From: Candidatus Pacearchaeota archaeon
GTDB taxonomy: Archaea > Nanobdellota > Nanobdellia > Pacearchaeales > GW2011-AR1
Assembly: GCA_041649045.1 (NCBI GenBank)
Contig: JBAZNV010000002.1
Location: forward strand, 50,336-114,335
Length of the DNA stretch: 64,000 nt
Reading direction: 5' to 3'
In this document: positions 37,291-46,684 of the stretch, piece by piece
How positions within the stretch are numbered: the stretch's first letter is position 1
Layout: each line of letters opens with the position of its first letter
Made by a program: the position numbers and the translations under genes
Notes under the pieces: model-generated
Databases searched by the model: none
What the model was told of the DNA's origin: nothing
Seen by the model: the letters and a program-made list of their open reading frames with translations, nothing else

Positions 37291-38439
37291 TTAACTATAA
37301 AACGGTCCCGCTTTTACTCCAACTTGGCCGTAATGGAAATTTCTTTGATTTTTCCCATATTCGTCGAAAACTTTTCCAATAACTGGAGACACAAGAACTC
37401 CCATCATAGGTTGCCATGTTCTGAAAACAAAGGGTACATTTTCATAAACAATCGGTTCAAAAGTAATTGTTCCGAACCACCGCGGATCAATAAAACCAGC
37501 ATGGTCTCCTTTAACATCACCATATCTTGGGTCGATAGGTCTTGTTACCATTAATAAATCTGGAGGACAATGTAAAATTTCTGCACTTGATGATAAAAAG
37601 AATTCGCTAGGATCTACTACAAATTCATCGCTTTTAATGCCATCTAAACTAATAGGTTTAAAAAATCTTTCGAGACGATTTGTTTTACCTTTTCTAATAT
37701 CAAGAATTTTTTTGGTTTTTTTAGCTACATATGAAACGACGCCGGCATCATTTGGAAAACTGTTTGAATAATGAAGGACAATCGCATTGCCACAAAAATC
37801 AATTTTATCAAGCGGGGCTTCGTTTCCTTCTCTGTCAAAAATCATATTTACCAAAGGAACTCTTTGACGATTTTCTAGAACGCCTATTGTAGGATTTGGA
37901 CGCGCTCTATATTTTAAAATATAATCTATTATATCTTTTGCGCTGAATTGGATTTCCTCAAAAGGAGCATTTGCAAATCTAATTTGATTAAGTGGCATAT
38001 ATGGAGCTATTTTCGTTCTTCCTCTTCGGCAAGTTATTTCTGCCGAAATCGGTCCGCGATATCCTGCAGGAATCACATCATACGCTTCCGGACAATCATC
38101 AGCTATTAATCGAACATTTATTCCCGCACGACCAGATCTACTTTTTGGATTAGAGAACCCTCTTTCTTCGGGCGATAGGTTAAGTCTTTCAATATAACGA
38201 ACACGATAAACAAACCCTGGCTCCAAAATAAAACCATCTGTGAGTTTTCTTTTTTCTCCTTGATTTTCAGAAAAACGATCTGCTCTATCGTTCACATAAA
38301 CTTCATTTCCAATTCTCGCTTCATAACTTGCTGGCTGAATATTTTCTTTTGAAATAGGTAATCGATAATCTGAGAAAATTCTTCCACGAGAAACCATTTC
38401 TCCAATTTTTGATTGGGCATAAAATCCTCTACTTTTCAT
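37291..38439 (-). CDS. dcd: dCTP deaminase-like protein, long form (approx. 380 aa DCD family)
   Basis: The N-terminal motif is ENIQPASYEARIGNEVYV (compare Dcd QPASVDLRLG). The C-terminal beta-barrel core is DHAGFIDPRWFGTITFE (compare Dcd/Dut IDPGxxG..LE). About 190 aa of extra sequence lie between the two. Confidence 0.5.
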   Translation of the reverse strand: MKSRGFYAQSKIGEMVSRGRIFSDYRLPISKENIQPASYEARIGNEVYVNDRADRFSENQGEKRKLTDGFILEPGFVYRVRYIERLNLSPEERGFSNPKSRSGRAGINVRLIADDCPEAYDVIPAGYRGPISAEITCRRGRTKIAPYMPLNQIRFANAPFEEIQFSAKDIIDYILKYRARPNPTIGVLENRQRVPLVNMIFDREGNEAPLDKIDFCGNAIVLHYSNSFPNDAGVVSYVAKKTKKILDIRKGKTNRLERFFKPISLDGIKSDEFVVDPSEFFLSSSAEILHCPPDLLMVTRPIDPRYGDVKGDHAGFIDPRWFGTITFEPIVYENVPFVFRTWQPMMGVLVSPVIGKVFDEYGKNQRNFHYGQVGVKAGPFYS

Positions 38440-38492
38440 TTTCTTTTATCAATATCTCATTTTTTAAAAACTACTACACTCAAAAATATATA

Positions 38493-38920
38493 TTAATTTC
38501 CCGTACTTCCGAAATTTCCTGCTCCCCTTTCTGTTTCAGATAGTTCTTGAACTTCTTGGATTTGGGCGGTTGCGACTGGTTGAATAACGACTTGGGCAAT
38601 TCTATCGCCTGTTTTGATTTCGAAAGATTCTTCTCCGGTGTTTAATAAGACTACAATATACTCACCTCTATAAGTATACTCGATTACACCACCTAAAACA
38701 GTTATTCCTTTTTTAGCTGCAAGCCCGCCCTGTCTCTAATTGATGCAAAGTATCCTGCGGGGAATTCCATCGCGATTCCTGTCGAAATCATTTGTCTTTT
38801 TCCTGCATGTATCGTGTAATTTTCTGTTGAGTGTAAATCCAGTGCGGCGTCTCCCTCGTGAGCATATTTTGGAATAATCGCGTTTTGTTTTAATTTTTTG
38901 ATTTTAATTTCTACGTTCAT
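38493..38920 (-). pseudogene. dut: dUTPase with a frameshift at a homopolymer (A6 on coding strand; T6 at 38709-38714 on + strand)
   Basis: The upstream frame gives ...IPKYAHEGDAALDLHS...FASIRDRAGLQLKKE*. The -1 frame continues GITVLGGVIEYTYRGEYIVVLLNTGEESFEIKTGDRIAQVVIQPV...ELSETERGAGNFGSTGN*. One extra A restores ...GLQLKKGITVLGGVI..., a canonical dUTPase. Confidence 0.75.
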
Positions 38921-38981
38921 TTTTTGAAAAATGATTTTAAGTTTTTATATTTTGTTGTAATAAATTTTAATTATTTTTTAT

Positions 38982-39359
38982 TTACTTTATTTTTGTAAAT
39001 CTTTTTACTCTATTCCCATCAGGCAGTTCTTTGTAGCCTATAAAATCATCAATTGTTCTAATCCAAATTGTTCCATTTGGGAAATTGTCTAATCCATAAA
39101 GTTGTTCATAGACTACATATTTTCTGTCAGAGCGTCCATTATTCAAGAGGGAGTTACGAGGAGAATTTTTTTTAATTAAAACATCGTATTCATCATTCGG
39201 ATTGTCACAATCTCTTGCCTGGATGACTGAATAATTTGTTGCTATTTCGTTGATTAAGGGGAGGTGTTTGCATTCAGTGGCAATGGCAATTATTTTATAA
39301 ATTTTTTCAGGACTTTTAAAATGTCTGTATTTTTCTCCAATTTTCGGCTCTTCGTTCAT
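38982..39359 (-). CDS. DUF1653-like protein
   Basis: The motifs GEKYRHFKSPEKIYKI and ...KYVVYEQLYG...GTIWIRTIDDF resemble the YRHYKGG...VVY..LY...W.RP...F pattern. Confidence 0.35.
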   Translation of the reverse strand: MNEEPKIGEKYRHFKSPEKIYKIIAIATECKHLPLINEIATNYSVIQARDCDNPNDEYDVLIKKNSPRNSLLNNGRSDRKYVVYEQLYGLDNFPNGTIWIRTIDDFIGYKELPDGNRVKRFTKIK

Positions 39360-40057
39360 GCTCTAACCTCCGCGCTTTCAAAATATTTTTCAGCAACCTT
39401 TTTTAACTGATTCAAATATCCCTCGCCAACATCCGGCTCCAGAACAAAACTTTCATCCACAAAATTTCCCTTATTCTTGAAACCTTGCAAGAAATATTTT
39501 TTTGGTTTTCCATCGCAAAGCTCGTTAATCCATTTTCCTAAATTTTCTATTTCCTTAAAATCATGAAATTTTTTCACTATTGTGGTTCTGAATTCATAAT
39601 TTCCAAATTTGTGAATTAATTTTATTGATTCTTCAATCTTTTTTATATCAATTTTAGAAGCCGTGATCTCGCCATATTTTTCTTCGCTTCCTTTAATATC
39701 CATTGCGATATAGTCGACCAAACGCTCATCAATTATTTTTTCTAATTTTTCCGGGAAGTTTCCGTTGGTGTCTATTTTTATCAGATATCCAAGTTCCCTT
39801 ATTTTTTTTAAAAATTCCAAATCTATATCAATCAAAGGCTCTCCACCGGTTATGCAAACAGCCTCAAGTTTTTCTTTTCGTTTTATCAAAAATTCTATTA
39901 TCGCTTGTTCAGAAAAATTTCCTTGTTCTTTTTTTATAACTAAATTCGGATTATAACAAAATCCACAGCGGAAGTTGCATCCCCATAAAAAAATCGTGCA
40001 GGCTATCTTGGAAGGATAGTCGATTAAAGTTGTTTTTTGCAATCCTGCGATTTTCAT
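39356..40057 (-). CDS. nrdG: Anaerobic ribonucleotide reductase activating protein (radical SAM)
   Basis: The CxxxCxxC motif is GCNFRCGFCYNP. It lies downstream of nrdD. Confidence 0.65.
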   Translation of the reverse strand: MKIAGLQKTTLIDYPSKIACTIFLWGCNFRCGFCYNPNLVIKKEQGNFSEQAIIEFLIKRKEKLEAVCITGGEPLIDIDLEFLKKIRELGYLIKIDTNGNFPEKLEKIIDERLVDYIAMDIKGSEEKYGEITASKIDIKKIEESIKLIHKFGNYEFRTTIVKKFHDFKEIENLGKWINELCDGKPKKYFLQGFKNKGNFVDESFVLEPDVGEGYLNQLKKVAEKYFESAEVRA

Positions 40058-40169
40058 GCGAAGTAAAAGCCCGCGGGATTTTTAAGGATGATTGTAATGA
40101 TAATCCATAACACATTATTTTCATAACTATCTTTTTGTAAAAATCATAATAAGCATTAAATCAACTTTT

Positions 40170-40197
40170 AAAAATAAAAAGAAGGGCAAAGCCCTCC
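40170..40197 (-). terminator. Hairpin + T-tract terminator downstream of nrdD
   Basis: On the minus strand, GGAGGGC-TTT-GCCCTTC is followed by TTTTTATTTTT, about 85 nt after the nrdD stop. Confidence 0.4.
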
Positions 40198-40281
40198 AAA
40201 AATTAGCAATCGCAAGGACAGGAAAATACTGTTCGATCTTTGAATTCTTCCAGCTTTCCATCATTGAACTGAGATGTAGGC

Positions 40282-42438
40282 CTAAGGTATCCTACAACTC
40301 TGCTCCAAACTTCGCATTTCGTTCGTACTCCCATTATCACCTCCAGAGTTTATTTGAGATACCGATTTTTTTTCAGAGACATCATCTCCATACGAAATTT
40401 CTTCATTTATGTTTTCTTCCGGCGCCTTGAGCAAATTTTCATTAAATTCTTCATCGCATTTAGGGCAATACTCGTGTTCCCCGGGCAAATACCCATGAAT
40501 TGGGCATATCGAAAAAGTTGGCGTGATCGTGAAATATGGAAGATGGTATTTGGAAGATATTTTTTTTACTATTGCCTTGATAGAATCTTTACTCAACTTT
40601 TCTCCGACATAGGTGTGGAAAACCGTTCCTCCCGTATACTTGCATTGTAATTCATCTTGTAAATCCAAGGCTTCAAAAATATCATTCGTAAAATTAACAG
40701 GCAATTGAGTTGAATTCGTATAATAAGGCTTCGCTCCAGACTGGAATGCATTTTCGTTTGCGACATGGATTCTGCCAAATCTTTTTTTGTCAATTCTCGC
40801 AAACCTAAAAGTTGTTCCTTCCCCAGGCGTTGCTTCAAGATTGTAAATATTCCCAGTTTCTTTCTGGTATTCTTCGAGTTTTTTTCTCATAAAATCCAGA
40901 ATTTTCAGGCTAAAATTCCTTCCCCGGGTTGTTGCTATGCTTTCTCCCGGCATGAAATTTAGAATAGCCTCATTCATTCCCAAGAGTCCGATTGTAGCGA
41001 AATGATTTTTCCAATACTGACCGAATCTTTGATGAACCTGTCGGAGATAAAACTTTGAGTATGGATACAGACCAACTTCGGTAAACTTTTCGATAGTTTT
41101 CCTTTTAATTTCCAGACTTTCTTTCGAAAGTTCCATTAATCTTCCGAGACGATCTAAAAAATCTTCCTCATTTATCGAAACATATCCAAGTCGTGGCATG
41201 TTTATTGTAACTACTCCAATTGAACCCGTTTGAGGATTTGCGCCAAAAAGTCCTCCGCCTCTTTTCCTAAGTTCAACTTGATCAAGTCTAAGTCTACAGC
41301 ACATGCTTCTTGCGTCTTCTGGTTTCATATCTGAATTTACAAAGTTTGAAAAATAAGGGATGCCGTATTTTGCAGTCATTTCCCAGATATTATCAAAATC
41401 AGGATTATCCCAATCAAAATCTTTAGTAATATTGTAAGTCGGGATAGGAAACGTGAATACCTGCCCAGACGCATCTCCTTCAAGCATCACTTCACAAAAA
41501 GCTTTATTAATCATTTTTATTTCCTTTTCGAATTCCTTATATGTTTCTCTCTGGACCTCCCCGCCTATAACCACATGTTCATCTTTCATATATGTCGGAA
41601 CTTCCATGTCCATAGTTATGTTGGTAAATGGAGTCTGGAATCCCACGCGAGTCGGAACCGCTAAATTAAAAACAAATTCTTGCATGATTTGTTTCACCTG
41701 AGAATAATCAAGATTATCTTTTCTTATGAAAGGGGCAAGTAATGTATCAAAATTTGAAAAAGCCTGGGCTCCTGCGGTTTCACCTTGCAAAGTATAAAAG
41801 AAATTAACAATCTGCCCAAGTGCAGTTCTAAGATGCTTTGCAGGTTTACTTTCAACTTTTCCCTTCACGCCCTTGAATCCAACAGTTAGTAAATCTTTCA
41901 AGTCCCAGCCTACACAATATGCACCAAGTGTCCCCAAATCGTGGATATGAATGTCTCCTGCTTCGTGAGCTTTTCTTATAGCTTCAGGATAAATTCTTCT
42001 CATCCAATAATTAGAAATTATTTTTGTTGCTATATAATTATTAAGTCCCTGAAGGGAAAACCCCATATTAGAATTTTCTTTTACCATCCAGTCATTCAAT
42101 CCGATATAATCTTCAACCGCTTCAATCGTATCAAAAAGTCCCTTTACATTCCTAAGTTCTTCATGACTTTTTCTGTAAAGTATAAAAGCTTTGGCGACTT
42201 TTGCATGTCTTTCTTCTATTAATGTTTTTTCAACCAAATCTTGGACTTCCTCAACATCCGGGATACCATTTTCTCCATAAATTTCATTTAATCGAGTGAC
42301 CACGATTTTTGAAATTTGTTTCGCCCTTTCTTTATCGGTCCCACCTACTGCCTTTACCGCTTTCCAAATAGCCTCGGTAATTTTATCTTCCTGAAAAAAA
42401 ACTACGCTTCCATCTCTTTTTCTAATTTTTGTTGTCAT
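40282..42438 (-). CDS. nrdD: Anaerobic (class III) ribonucleoside-triphosphate reductase
   Basis: It has an N-terminal ATP-cone (MTTKIRKRDGSVVFFQEDKITEAI...) and a C-terminal Zn-ribbon/Gly-radical region (...ICPIHGYLPGEHEYCPKC). The 718-aa length fits. A low-complexity C-terminal tail of about 50 aa follows. Confidence 0.75.
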   Translation of the reverse strand: MTTKIRKRDGSVVFFQEDKITEAIWKAVKAVGGTDKERAKQISKIVVTRLNEIYGENGIPDVEEVQDLVEKTLIEERHAKVAKAFILYRKSHEELRNVKGLFDTIEAVEDYIGLNDWMVKENSNMGFSLQGLNNYIATKIISNYWMRRIYPEAIRKAHEAGDIHIHDLGTLGAYCVGWDLKDLLTVGFKGVKGKVESKPAKHLRTALGQIVNFFYTLQGETAGAQAFSNFDTLLAPFIRKDNLDYSQVKQIMQEFVFNLAVPTRVGFQTPFTNITMDMEVPTYMKDEHVVIGGEVQRETYKEFEKEIKMINKAFCEVMLEGDASGQVFTFPIPTYNITKDFDWDNPDFDNIWEMTAKYGIPYFSNFVNSDMKPEDARSMCCRLRLDQVELRKRGGGLFGANPQTGSIGVVTINMPRLGYVSINEEDFLDRLGRLMELSKESLEIKRKTIEKFTEVGLYPYSKFYLRQVHQRFGQYWKNHFATIGLLGMNEAILNFMPGESIATTRGRNFSLKILDFMRKKLEEYQKETGNIYNLEATPGEGTTFRFARIDKKRFGRIHVANENAFQSGAKPYYTNSTQLPVNFTNDIFEALDLQDELQCKYTGGTVFHTYVGEKLSKDSIKAIVKKISSKYHLPYFTITPTFSICPIHGYLPGEHEYCPKCDEEFNENLLKAPEENINEEISYGDDVSEKKSVSQINSGGDNGSTNEMRSLEQSCRIP

Positions 42439-42590
42439 TAAGAAAGCCTCCTGTAGCCATATCGTAATCGATTGCTATTTGTAAATTTTTTTAAGCTAAC
42501 ATCGCCTCCAACATCAGTTCCCGAAGTTTTGTCTAAAAACTTTGAGCCTGTGTCTTCTCTTTCTGGACAAATCAATTCTTTTTTCCCCAT

Positions 42591-43034
42591 TTAATCTTCC
42601 AATTTTTTTATTTCTTCCTTGAAATCATCAACATCGGCAAAGTCTCGATATACTGCTGCAAAACGGATATATGCCACCTTATCAATTTTTTTTAATTTGT
42701 TCATTACAATTTCTCCAATTTTTGAACTTTTAATATCCTTGTCTTTTGCGATTCGATATATGTTCGCCTCAACATCATCAACAGCCAAATCAATTTGCTC
42801 ACTTGTGAACGGACGTTTTTCCAGATTTTTTGCGATTCCTTGATAAAGTTTATCTCTCGAAAACTTTTCTCTTCGTCCGTCTTTCTTGATGACATTCAAA
42901 TCCAGCTCTACGCGTTCATAAGTCGTGAATCTCTTCCCGCATTTAAGACATTCCCTTCTTCTTCTCGTTATAGAATCACAATCTCTTTTATCAGTAACTT
43001 TAGTATCCGGGTTTGTACAATATGGACATATCAT
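42591..43034 (-). CDS. nrdR: NrdR transcriptional repressor (Zn-ribbon + ATP-cone)
   Basis: It begins MICPYCTNPDTKVTDKRDCDSITRRRRECLKCGKRFTTYERVE, followed by an ATP-cone. The 147-aa length is typical of NrdR. Confidence 0.85.
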   Translation of the reverse strand: MICPYCTNPDTKVTDKRDCDSITRRRRECLKCGKRFTTYERVELDLNVIKKDGRREKFSRDKLYQGIAKNLEKRPFTSEQIDLAVDDVEANIYRIAKDKDIKSSKIGEIVMNKLKKIDKVAYIRFAAVYRDFADVDDFKEEIKKLED

Positions 43035-43133
43035 TATGGAGATAAAATTTTAGAAGCGTTGCTTTTATCCGCAAGGATTCCATGATCCCAACTAACTAAA
43101 ATTTTTATAACCTCCACTTTGTTTATCATTAAT

Positions 43134-43181
43134 ATACAAGATATTGTATCTTGCACCTCATTTTTCCACAATCTGTTGTGG
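43134..43181 (-). promoter_or_regulatory. Two NrdR-box-like palindromes upstream of nrdR-nrdD-nrdG, centres 32 bp apart
   Basis: Box A is ATACAAGATATTGTAT (43134-43149) and box B is CCACAATCTGTTGTGG (43166-43181). Against the consensus acaCwAtATaTwGtgt, box A matches 13/16 and box B 12/16. The spacing is three helical turns, as for bacterial tandem NrdR boxes. Confidence 0.55.
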
Positions 43182-43411
43182 ATACAAACTATTATAATCT
43201 CCAGGGCTATTTAAAGATTATTATAGTAGAAAAAATATTTTAAAATTTTAGTTACTTTTCTTTAGGAATTATGAAGATTTAAAAGCCTGTCTCATGCAAG
43301 TTTAGTTATTTCATAGATTTTTTCACGAATATTCTCGAGAACCCCTGCCATGAATTTTTTGGATTGCCGTTCCTCTTCGATTCACCAATACATCTGCAAA
43401 ATATACTTAGA

Positions 43412-44224
43412 TTATATGCATTCAAAAATTTTACACGCATTGCAGATTCCTTCGCGACTCGGCTCTCCGCATTTTTCACAGATTTTTATCTCGCGATGAT
43501 TCTCTACCCTTAACTTTGGAATCAACTTTTGAAAATTTTTCACGATTTTTTCCTTTTCTTTATTTGTTATATCTTTCATCCACTCTCTTGTGTCGACGCG
43601 GTACGTCCCGAAAGCACATGGGCATTTGTCGTACAAAATATCAAAATTATTTTTTTGTGCGTAGGCTCTAATCTCCGACTCCGGTACAAAAAAAAGCGGC
43701 TTTACTCTCTGAACGAAACCATCAATTTCCTTCCCGCCCGTCGCCGGCGAAGAATTTATTCCAAGCAAGATATTCCCCTTTAAGAAATTCATCAAAATGT
43801 TTTGCGCTTCATCGTCGAGATTGTGCCCGGTTACAAGTTTTTTTGCCCCAAGTTTTTTTGCCCAACGGTTCAGTACCCATCTTTTTATAATTCCGCAAAC
43901 AGTGCATCCGCTAAGGTTTTTCTGTTTTTTTAAAACAGATTTAATGAAACATATGCCTTGCCCCAACTCCTTTTTTAAATCAACGATAGTTAATTCCACA
44001 CAAATTTTATCACAAAAATTTTTCATTTTTTCGTTATGAATTTTTGACCATTCGCCAAGATTAAGATCTATCATGAGAGCCGAAACATTATATCCTTGTT
44101 TTTTTAAAATATAAAGAATCGAAGTCGAATCTTTTCCTCCCGACAAAGCTACGATTATTTTTTCTTTTTTATCAAGCAGATTATATTTTTTTATAGTTTG
44201 GCCTATTTTATTCTCGATATTCAT
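43412..44224 (-). CDS. PP-loop ATPase, TtuA/NcsA-like tRNA thiolation enzyme
   Basis: It has the SGGKDS PP-loop and the Zn-finger pairs CTVCGIIKRW and CEKCGEPSREGICNACK. Confidence 0.6.
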   Translation of the reverse strand: MNIENKIGQTIKKYNLLDKKEKIIVALSGGKDSTSILYILKKQGYNVSALMIDLNLGEWSKIHNEKMKNFCDKICVELTIVDLKKELGQGICFIKSVLKKQKNLSGCTVCGIIKRWVLNRWAKKLGAKKLVTGHNLDDEAQNILMNFLKGNILLGINSSPATGGKEIDGFVQRVKPLFFVPESEIRAYAQKNNFDILYDKCPCAFGTYRVDTREWMKDITNKEKEKIVKNFQKLIPKLRVENHREIKICEKCGEPSREGICNACKIFECI

Positions 44225-44386
44225 GAAAAGAAATTAGATATAGGGATTTTTAAGTTATTTGTTAACTAATTTCTAAATCACCAAGTCATTAAATATAAAA
44301 TCAACGATTGTAAAGTTTAATAAAAATTGTGATTATATTCCAAAGAATTGCCCAAAAGTTTATAAAGAAAATAAAATTCAACTTAT

Positions 44387-45373
44387 ATGAATTTAAGAAA
44401 AAGCGTTGGTGGTCCCATAAGAAGACTTAGAAAAAATTATTGGATAGTTTCAACTTTTGTTTTGGCGATTATTATTGTTGGCATGTTGATATTCGGACTG
44501 GTTAATTTCGGGGGGATTAATGCAAATGTTGTTGGGCAAAAAGTCGTCGAGTTCGCAAACTCACAGGGTGCTAACGCAGAACTTGTTTCTGTGGAAGAAG
44601 ATGGAGAATTGTTTAAAGTAATTCTTTCAATCGATAGTCAGGAATTTCCCGTTTATGTTACAAGAGACGGGAAAAATTTGGTTCCAAGCTTGATTCCACT
44701 TGAAACAACTATAACATCAGATACACAGCAACAAACTTCAACAGACATTCCAAAAAATGATAAGCCGATAATTGAAGCATTCGTTATGTCACACTGTCCT
44801 TATGGAACACAAATTGAAAAAGGTTTAATCCCGGTTGCAAATTTATTAAAAGATAAAATCGATTTCAAGATAAAATTCGTATATTATGCCATGCATCCTT
44901 CTCAGGGCGAGGTCCAAGAACAACTTAATCAATATTGTATTCAGGAAGAACAAAACGATAAGTATATCGATTACTTAACTTGCTTCCTTGATAAAGGCGA
45001 CGGCACTTCATGTATAACATCGACAGGTATTGATAAAACAAAATTGGCTGCTTGTGTTGAAAAAACAGATAAAGAATTTGCTGTTACAGAAAATTTAAAT
45101 GATAAAACAAAATGGCTAAGCGGAAATTACCCATTATTTAATATATATAAGGAAGATAATGAAAGATATGGTGTTGGCGGCTCGCCAACTTTAATAATCA
45201 ATGGGGTTGAGGCACAATCAGGAAGAGATTCAGCTTCGTTATTATCGACGATTTGCAGCGCTTTTAATGTTGCTCCTGAAGAATGTAATACACAACTATC
45301 TTCAGCACAACCTTCGCCTGGTTTTGGATTTTCTACAACTTCTAATACAAACAACGCTGCTCAATGCGGATAA
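44387..45373 (+). CDS. N-terminally membrane-anchored secreted protein with thioredoxin-like CPYG motif
   Basis: The TM segment is IVSTFVLAIIIVGMLIFGLV. The motif FVMSHCPYGTQ is followed by several further Cys residues. Confidence 0.25.
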   Translation: MNLRKSVGGPIRRLRKNYWIVSTFVLAIIIVGMLIFGLVNFGGINANVVGQKVVEFANSQGANAELVSVEEDGELFKVILSIDSQEFPVYVTRDGKNLVPSLIPLETTITSDTQQQTSTDIPKNDKPIIEAFVMSHCPYGTQIEKGLIPVANLLKDKIDFKIKFVYYAMHPSQGEVQEQLNQYCIQEEQNDKYIDYLTCFLDKGDGTSCITSTGIDKTKLAACVEKTDKEFAVTENLNDKTKWLSGNYPLFNIYKEDNERYGVGGSPTLIINGVEAQSGRDSASLLSTICSAFNVAPEECNTQLSSAQPSPGFGFSTTSNTNNAAQCG

Positions 45374-45481
45374 GATATTAAAATAATTCATCTAAACTAA
45401 ATTCAAAATCAAATTGTTTCCATCAATGGCCTCTTAAGATTCATAAAAAAATTCTAATTATTCCTTATAAAAATTTATACT

Positions 45482-46684
45482 CTACATTACCATTGGTTTT
45501 TCTAAATAAGCAACTTCGTCTGAATCTAATTTTAATTCGTTTCTTATACTGATGTTTTGCAAAATTTGTTTGAGCAAGAGCCAATCTTTCATCGCTGTTT
45601 TTATCGAAATGTGGCAAAGTTTCGCATATTTTTCGCAAATAGATTTCTTTTTTAACGAACGTTGATTTTGAAGCCAGATTTTTAAAATTCTCGATGGCTT
45701 TCGATAGTTTGTCCAACCTGCTCGATTATAAGGCTTGACACCTGCAATTGCGGGGCCAAGAAGAAAATACTCATATACCATAAATCTCCAATGCCTTTGC
45801 CTTTGAATCCTTCCACGAAAAACATCAGCCATTGATAAAGCGTCCAGTGCTCTGATAAGTTCTTTGCCTTTATATTCAAGCGGCAAATTTTCTTCGACCC
45901 ACAAAAAAATATCATCAAGAGGAAGATTAACATCATCAAAAACCTTCAACATTTCATCATCTATCTTTGAATTTTTAAAAATCATTTGTAATGCTGAAAA
46001 AATTGACTGTTCTTTATTTCTTTCGCCAACCTCTTTAATCAGTTCAGGAGATTCCATTTTTGAAAGCATTTGTAAATCATTCAAAGCCGCTCGAACATCA
46101 CTCCTTGATTTTATTGCAATTGAAGTTAAGACCTCTAAGGAAATTGCGCAAACTTCTTTTTCGCAAACTTCTTTTAGTATATTCAAAATTATTTTGTAAT
46201 CAACTTCTTTTAACTGAATCATTTCAGACTTTTGTCGAAGAAGGTTAAATTTTTGTTGCCAAATATCATTCGCCGTGATAATTAACGGAAAAGAAGATTT
46301 TTCAATGAGTGCGAGTAACTCTCCAAGCCCGCCACGATCTTTTACTGCCGAAACCCCATCAACTTCATCAACTAAAATAATTTTATTTTTTCTAAATAAA
46401 CTTCGTTGCTGGCTTGCCGGTCCCACAATTTCAGAAATTTTTTCTTTGTTTCGAAGATCAGACGCATTTAGTTCTAAAACTTCGGCGTCGAGTTCTGAAG
46501 CGATTGCATAGGCAAGACTTGTTTTGCCGATTCCGGGAGGTCCGTGCAAAATCGCTGCCTTTTTTTTTGGAAAATTTCCCAGGAAAATTTTTATTTTATC
46601 GATTGCGAGTTCCTGACCTTTTACGGCCGAAAGTGTTTTCACCCGATATTTTTCGCACCAAGGGATGTTGGATGGGAGAATCAT
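45482..46684 (-). CDS. rfcL: Replication factor C large subunit
   Basis: It has ...WCEKYRVKTLSAVKGQELAIDKIK...AAILHGPPGIGKTSLAYAIA...ILVDEVD... and an RFC-large-type C-terminus. Confidence 0.8.
   Translation of the reverse strand: MILPSNIPWCEKYRVKTLSAVKGQELAIDKIKIFLGNFPKKKAAILHGPPGIGKTSLAYAIASELDAEVLELNASDLRNKEKISEIVGPASQQRSLFRKNKIILVDEVDGVSAVKDRGGLGELLALIEKSSFPLIITANDIWQQKFNLLRQKSEMIQLKEVDYKIILNILKEVCEKEVCAISLEVLTSIAIKSRSDVRAALNDLQMLSKMESPELIKEVGERNKEQSIFSALQMIFKNSKIDDEMLKVFDDVNLPLDDIFLWVEENLPLEYKGKELIRALDALSMADVFRGRIQRQRHWRFMVYEYFLLGPAIAGVKPYNRAGWTNYRKPSRILKIWLQNQRSLKKKSICEKYAKLCHISIKTAMKDWLLLKQILQNISIRNELKLDSDEVAYLEKPMVM

Noticed and set aside
40127-40264. 46-aa minus-strand ORF (MMESWKNSKIEQYFPVLAIANFWRALPFF…) between nrdD and nrdG.
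   Set aside because: It overlaps the hairpin+T-tract terminator candidate, and no RBS or conservation evidence is visible. It is probably spurious, though a small NrdD-associated peptide cannot be excluded.
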